DNA from: a virus
Lineage: Duplodnaviria; Caudoviricetes
DNA length: 58,451 bases
IMG/VR virus record: IMGVR_UViG_3300031669_000033
Location: 1 to 58,451 of that record
Direction: 5' to 3' (one strand)
Part shown: one piece after another, positions 54,562 through 58,451 of the stretch
Numbering within the stretch: position 1 is the stretch's first letter
Layout of the letters: every line of letters begins with the position of its first letter
Position numbers and translations under genes: made by a program
Notes under the pieces: generated by a model
Database searches by the model: none
Seen by the model: the letters and a program-made list of their open reading frames with translations, nothing else
Told to the model about the DNA's origin: nothing

Positions 54562-54683
54562 TCGGGTTCGGCAGCAGGCGATGGCGTCTGCGTTGCGAAA
54601 TTGGTCCGATTTGGGCATTGTCGCTGCCAGCCGCGTTTGCTCCGGCGGATCGCGCCGGGCGCGCTGCCAATAGGAGCGACATC

Positions 54684-54947
54684 ATGGCTGAAAATTCCTC
54701 GCATGGTCCCGGTATGGGAAACGATTTCGCCGGGACGCGGCAGCACCAGCATATGGCAACCGGCAAGGGGCCGGTGAGCGGCGGCAATTTCGGCATTGGC
54801 AAGCTGCCGGGCACCGCGAATATTCCGGCGCCGGCCGGGGATGGCGGCCGGATGCTGTCCGATGGCGAGCGGTCGGCCAAGCCCAGCGGCGGCGGTGGTC
54901 GGCGCATGGGCGAGTGCGGCGACGTCGACCACGGCAAGATGCGGTAA
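54684..54947 (+). CDS. small Gly-rich protein
   Basis: AGGAG RBS; MAENSSHGPG... Confidence 0.65.
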   Translation: MAENSSHGPGMGNDFAGTRQHQHMATGKGPVSGGNFGIGKLPGTANIPAPAGDGGRMLSDGERSAKPSGGGGRRMGECGDVDHGKMR

Positions 54948-54958
54948 GGAGGCGGGGC

Positions 54959-55543
54959 ATGGTCGAGAATCCATCGGCGGCTGCGCTTGCGGCCGGGGCG
55001 GCGATTTTGGCATCGGTTCGGGGCGGCGGCAGTGGTGCGGGCGATCCGGCTTCGGTCGCTGCGCAGTTTCCGGCCTTCGTCTCGCACAAGGTGGTGCGCG
55101 CGGCGCTGATCACGCAGGTGCTGGATGATGGCTGCATGGTCGTGGCGGTGGACGGGGCGCCCGAGGTCAAACTGGTGTTCCAGCCTGGCATGACGGCGCG
55201 CTATGTGCCGGTTCCGGGCGATCGGTGGCTGTTCTATCCGTACGGCTATGAGGCACTGTCGCCGGAGGCGGTGTTCCGGGACGGCTATGGTCCGGAGGAG
55301 CCGGAGGATCGGGTCTCGGGTGCGGTCGATGCGTCGGGGCTCGGGTGGGAGCATGGCATCGCGCTCCTGCGGAATCCGGATGGCTCGATGACGGCGCACG
55401 GCATGACCGAAGCCGGCGCCGAGGTCAGCCTGCCGATCGCGGCGAACGAGGGCGCGCTCTACGATCTGCGGGCGATGATCTCGAGCGTGTGGGGCGAGGT
55501 GTGCCGGCGCGTGGGCGTGGTGAAACCGGACGGCGATTCCTGA
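54959..55543 (+). CDS. phage protein with an SHK.V.A...Y..GY..SP...F..GY domain
   Basis: AAGGAGG RBS; motif recognised by eye. Confidence 0.7.
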   Translation: MVENPSAAALAAGAAILASVRGGGSGAGDPASVAAQFPAFVSHKVVRAALITQVLDDGCMVVAVDGAPEVKLVFQPGMTARYVPVPGDRWLFYPYGYEALSPEAVFRDGYGPEEPEDRVSGAVDASGLGWEHGIALLRNPDGSMTAHGMTEAGAEVSLPIAANEGALYDLRAMISSVWGEVCRRVGVVKPDGDS

Positions 55544-55661
55544 CGGCTGGGGCGGCCGGCGGCGGCCGGGGGCTGGATAGGCAGCACTCGCGTCGCGCGG
55601 CCGTCCTTCGTGGATGGTGGCGGAACAGGTCGGCGCGGCCGATCAATCGAAGGGACGAAAC

Positions 55662-55901
55662 ATGGCGGATGATCGGAACAAGGCGCGGCCGGGCGAGCGG
55701 CCGGATAGTGCCTGGGATGGCCGGCCGAAGATGTCGATAGCGGCGCGCATCGACACGCAGCCGGGCGTAGTCTCGCAGGCGGTGCGGGACGAAATGCGGC
55801 GCGAGGATGCGTTCCTCAACGGTCTCCCGGGCGGCGGCGCGCGGCGCGGCTTTCGTCGGGACATGCTCGGCTCGGTCGCGCGCTCGGATCTGATCCGGTG
55901 A
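55662..55901 (+). CDS. hypothetical protein
   Basis: AAGGGA RBS; GTGA coupling. Confidence 0.55.
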   Translation: MADDRNKARPGERPDSAWDGRPKMSIAARIDTQPGVVSQAVRDEMRREDAFLNGLPGGGARRGFRRDMLGSVARSDLIR

Positions 55902-56284
55902 CGGTGGACGAGGCGGCGCTCGAGGCGGAACTGCAGGCGCTCGGGCTCAATGCACCGCGGGTGACGCCGGCGCAGGTGGATGCCGAGATCCTGTCGGAGC
56001 GGTATCACTGCTTCGCCGGCACGACGGTGACGGTCTGCCTGCTGGTGCTGCGCAATGGGTTCTCGGTGATCGGGGAGTCGGCGGCGGCCAGCCCGGAGAA
56101 CTTCGACACGGAGATCGGCCGGAAGATCGCCCGGGAGGATGCGCGCCGGAAGATTTGGCCGCTGCTCGGGTTCCTGCTCCGCCAGCGGCTGCACGAGGCG
56201 GCTGAGGCCGCGGCGTCGCCGCTCGCCGACCAGGTGAAGGTCACCTATGACGGGCCGCTCGCGGACGCGCCTGGGGGTGCCTGA
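55898..56284 (+). CDS. Phage Gp49/Gp66-family protein
   Basis: APRVTP..V...I; TVC.LVLRNGF.V.GESA..SPENFD.EIGRKIAR.DA..KIWPL.G..L. Confidence 0.85.
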   Translation: MTVDEAALEAELQALGLNAPRVTPAQVDAEILSERYHCFAGTTVTVCLLVLRNGFSVIGESAAASPENFDTEIGRKIAREDARRKIWPLLGFLLRQRLHEAAEAAASPLADQVKVTYDGPLADAPGGA

Positions 56285-56287
56285 ACG

Positions 56288-56500
56288 GTGGCCGAACCAT
56301 CCGGAAAAACAGGAACGTTCACGCAGGATCACGTCGACCTGCTGCCGCCGATCGACTGGCTGGCCCGGCATCGCCTGGGTCCGGATCCAGAGGGGCGACC
56401 GGCGGCGGTGCGCCGGCTGTGGGCGGAATTTCGGCAGCAGCACCAGATCACCGAGGAAGAGGCAGAGCGGCTGTTGCTGCGGCGCGAGGGCGTAGGCTGA
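56288..56500 (+). CDS. hypothetical protein
   Basis: 70-aa ORF coupled to the next gene. Confidence 0.5.
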   Translation: MAEPSGKTGTFTQDHVDLLPPIDWLARHRLGPDPEGRPAAVRRLWAEFRQQHQITEEEAERLLLRREGVG

Positions 56501-56850
56501 TGCCAGTTCTCGGTGCAGGCGAGGTTCCGGCGCCCAGCTTCGCGGAACTCAACAGGGTGGCCGCTCGCCTGCCCAATCACGACGAACAGTATTTGGTTCG
56601 CAGTGAATATTCGGCACCCAGGTTGCGGGAGATGACCTGGGACGAGTTTGAACGGGAGTGTCTGCACCTCTGGGGCGAGAACTGGCGGTCGATCTTCGCC
56701 GAGGTGGCCAACAAGCATGAGCGCACGCTGCGGCGGTGGTGGTCGGATGATATTGTGAAGGGGTCGGCCATCACGGCGATGATTCTGGCGTTTCGGCGTC
56801 TGAAGGCGGCCGGCATGTCCTATCCAGGCAGCATCGGCGGCACGGACTGA
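56500..56850 (+). CDS. HTH-like protein
   Basis: MT..EF...C..LWG..W...FA......RTLRRW. Confidence 0.6.
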   Translation: MPVLGAGEVPAPSFAELNRVAARLPNHDEQYLVRSEYSAPRLREMTWDEFERECLHLWGENWRSIFAEVANKHERTLRRWWSDDIVKGSAITAMILAFRRLKAAGMSYPGSIGGTD

Positions 56851-57083
56851 TGCCAGTCGCACCACGCCTTTATCCCGGGATGACAGCACCGAAGAATGAT
56901 ATCAATCGGTGCAATTGCATCGGCTATTATGGGAAGTCCGACGACCCGATGTTTTTCAATCGGCAGGGAGAAGCCTTTTTTTCCCTGTCTGGTTTGGCGG
57001 TTCTGGCGCCAGAACGGTGGAATGACTGCACGCCAGAGGAGGCAGATGCCATCCTGTTGGCGCGCGGCGAGTATCTGCTCTGA
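56850..57083 (+). CDS. hypothetical protein
   Basis: TGATG coupling at both ends. Confidence 0.6.
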   Translation: MPVAPRLYPGMTAPKNDINRCNCIGYYGKSDDPMFFNRQGEAFFSLSGLAVLAPERWNDCTPEEADAILLARGEYLL

Positions 57084-57397
57084 TGGCGGTCATCACCACC
57101 GGCTCGGCGCCGAAGGCCCTGGCCGGCAGCAGAGGAGGGCGGAAGGTGGCAAAGCTGGATGCGGCGAAGCGGAAGAAACTGCCGAGCAAGGATTTCGCGC
57201 TGCCCGGCAAGGGGAAGGGTCCGGAAGGGAAGGGCAGCGGCAGCTATCCGATTCCTGACAAAAATCACGCCCGGGCAGCGCTCTCGCGGGTGTCCGCCAA
57301 TGGCACGCCGGCCGAGAAGGCCGAGGTCAAGCGCAAGGTGAAGGCGAAGTTTCCGGGGATCGGTGCCGACAAGAAGGGCGCCAAGGCCAAACGGTGA
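57083..57397 (+). CDS. basic DUF6582-like protein with a capsid-like N-terminus
   Basis: L....RKKLP..DFALP...YPIPD..HAR.AL.R motif. Confidence 0.7.
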   Translation: MAVITTGSAPKALAGSRGGRKVAKLDAAKRKKLPSKDFALPGKGKGPEGKGSGSYPIPDKNHARAALSRVSANGTPAEKAEVKRKVKAKFPGIGADKKGAKAKR

Positions 57398-57579
57398 GCT
57401 GGCAGGCCGAATTCGACGCAGCCGCCGGCTTCTCCGCGGTGTGGCCGCTCGAGGATCTGCGGCCGCACGATCCGTTCTCGGAGGCCTGCTGGTGTCGGCC
57501 GACATGGGACGAGCGCGTGCTGGTGCATAATTCGGCCGATGGGCGTGAAGAATACGAGCGGGGGCGTAAGCCGTCATGA
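57394..57579 (+). CDS. small conserved phage protein
   Basis: P..DL..H.....CWC.P......VHNS.DGRE. Confidence 0.65.
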   Translation: MSWQAEFDAAAGFSAVWPLEDLRPHDPFSEACWCRPTWDERVLVHNSADGREEYERGRKPS

Positions 57580-58451
57580 ACGCCGTGAGCGGCTACTCCA
57601 GTCGCGGGATGCCGACCGTCAATGCGTTTTTCGACAGCGACGCGTTCTTCCGCGGCCTGATGGGGCCGTTCGGATCGGGCAAGTCCTCGGCGTGCGTGTG
57701 GGACATCGTGCAGCGTGGGCTGCGTCAGGCGCCGGGCGAGGACGGCGTGCGGCGCTCGCGCTGGGCGGTCATCCGGAATTCTTACCAGCAGCTTGAGGAT
57801 ACGACGCAAAAAACCTTCTTCCAGTGGTTCTCTCCGCATATCCACGGCGAGTGGCGGTCTTCGAAGCATGACTTCATCATCCGGTCGTTGAAGGCCAGCC
57901 ACAACGAGCCGCCGGCGGAAATCGAGATCATGTTCCGTGCGCTCGATCGGCCGGATCAAATGGGCAAGCTGCTCTCGACCGAATATACGGGCGGATGGAT
58001 CAACGAGGGACGCGAGGTGCCGTGGGCCATCTACGATGCACTGTCGGGGCGTGTCGGGCGCTACCCGGCAATGCGTGATGGTGGTGCAACCTGGTCGGGC
58101 ATCATCGCCGATACAAATCCGCCGGATAACGACTCCGAGTGGTATCGCTTCTTCGAGGAGCGGAAGGGGCACGAAGAGGCGATCGAGGCGCTCGCCAAGG
58201 TGATCCCGGGCGGCATGGACCTGGATCGGTTCTCGGCAGTCTTCAAGCAGCCCAGCGGCCTGGCGCCGAACGCGGAGAACCTGACGAACCTTCCGCCCGG
58301 CTATTACCAGCGCCTAGCGATCGGCAAGAGCCCGGATTGGGTGAAGGTCTATGTCAAGGGCGAGTATGGCTTCACGACCGACGGCAAGCCGGTTTTCCCG
58401 GAATATTCGGACGCGCTGCACTGCCCGGCCGACAAGGCGCTGTGGCCGAAG
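57576..58451 (+). CDS. terL: terminase large subunit (3' truncated by the window)
   Basis: GLMGPFGSGKS Walker A, RWAVIRN.Y..L..TT, EYTGGWINE Walker B, GRVGRYP and DTNPP. Confidence 0.92.
   Translation, partial: MNAVSGYSSRGMPTVNAFFDSDAFFRGLMGPFGSGKSSACVWDIVQRGLRQAPGEDGVRRSRWAVIRNSYQQLEDTTQKTFFQWFSPHIHGEWRSSKHDFIIRSLKASHNEPPAEIEIMFRALDRPDQMGKLLSTEYTGGWINEGREVPWAIYDALSGRVGRYPAMRDGGATWSGIIADTNPPDNDSEWYRFFEERKGHEEAIEALAKVIPGGMDLDRFSAVFKQPSGLAPNAENLTNLPPGYYQRLAIGKSPDWVKVYVKGEYGFTTDGKPVFPEYSDALHCPADKALWPK

Noticed and set aside
54570-54629. Y RNA assignment for the hairpin containing GGTCCGA
   Set aside because: The motif is not in a terminal bulged helix with its partner strand, and no Ro60 gene is present.
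1-58451. Genome-wide TAG reassignment (alternative genetic code). Three TAG stops (15285, 17016, 27395) are in frame with the next gene.
   Set aside because: Other genes (groES, gp10 N-part, collar fibre, recT) end at TAG with no sensible extension. No suppressor tRNA or release factor was seen, and in-frame neighbours occur by chance one time in three.

Overview
Near-complete, GC-rich genome of a tailed dsDNA phage with a P22/podovirus-like virion module. The host is probably an alphaproteobacterium, inferred from GcrA-like and GapR-like genes. The window starts inside the head module and ends inside the large terminase; the portal and the terminase C-terminus are not visible. Gene order: (1) head genes (GroES-like, scaffold, decoration, major capsid); (2) neck, tail hub and fibre genes; (3) a sulfotransferase-like and Asp/Asn-hydroxylase-like pair; (4) three ejection proteins, the largest carrying ART-PolyVal-like and DdrB-ParB-like domains; (5) lysis; (6) a leftward recombination arm (GcrA, RecT, DEDDh exonuclease); (7) a Cro-led rightward replication arm; (8) TerS; (9) about 15.5 kb of accessory genes; (10) TerL. 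I recognised no integrase or CI repressor. The most unusual signals are: three copies of an ~82-bp promoter-operator-leader unit heading small-gene cassettes, two of whose genes carry in-frame amber codons; a two-polypeptide C5 methyltransferase encoded in overlapping frames; a split P22 gp10-like hub gene with a ~390-aa domain at the break; CCA-ending hairpin RNAs flanking a tRNA pair; and a basic protein that copies the major capsid N-terminus. All family calls come from motif recognition by eye, not from database searches.
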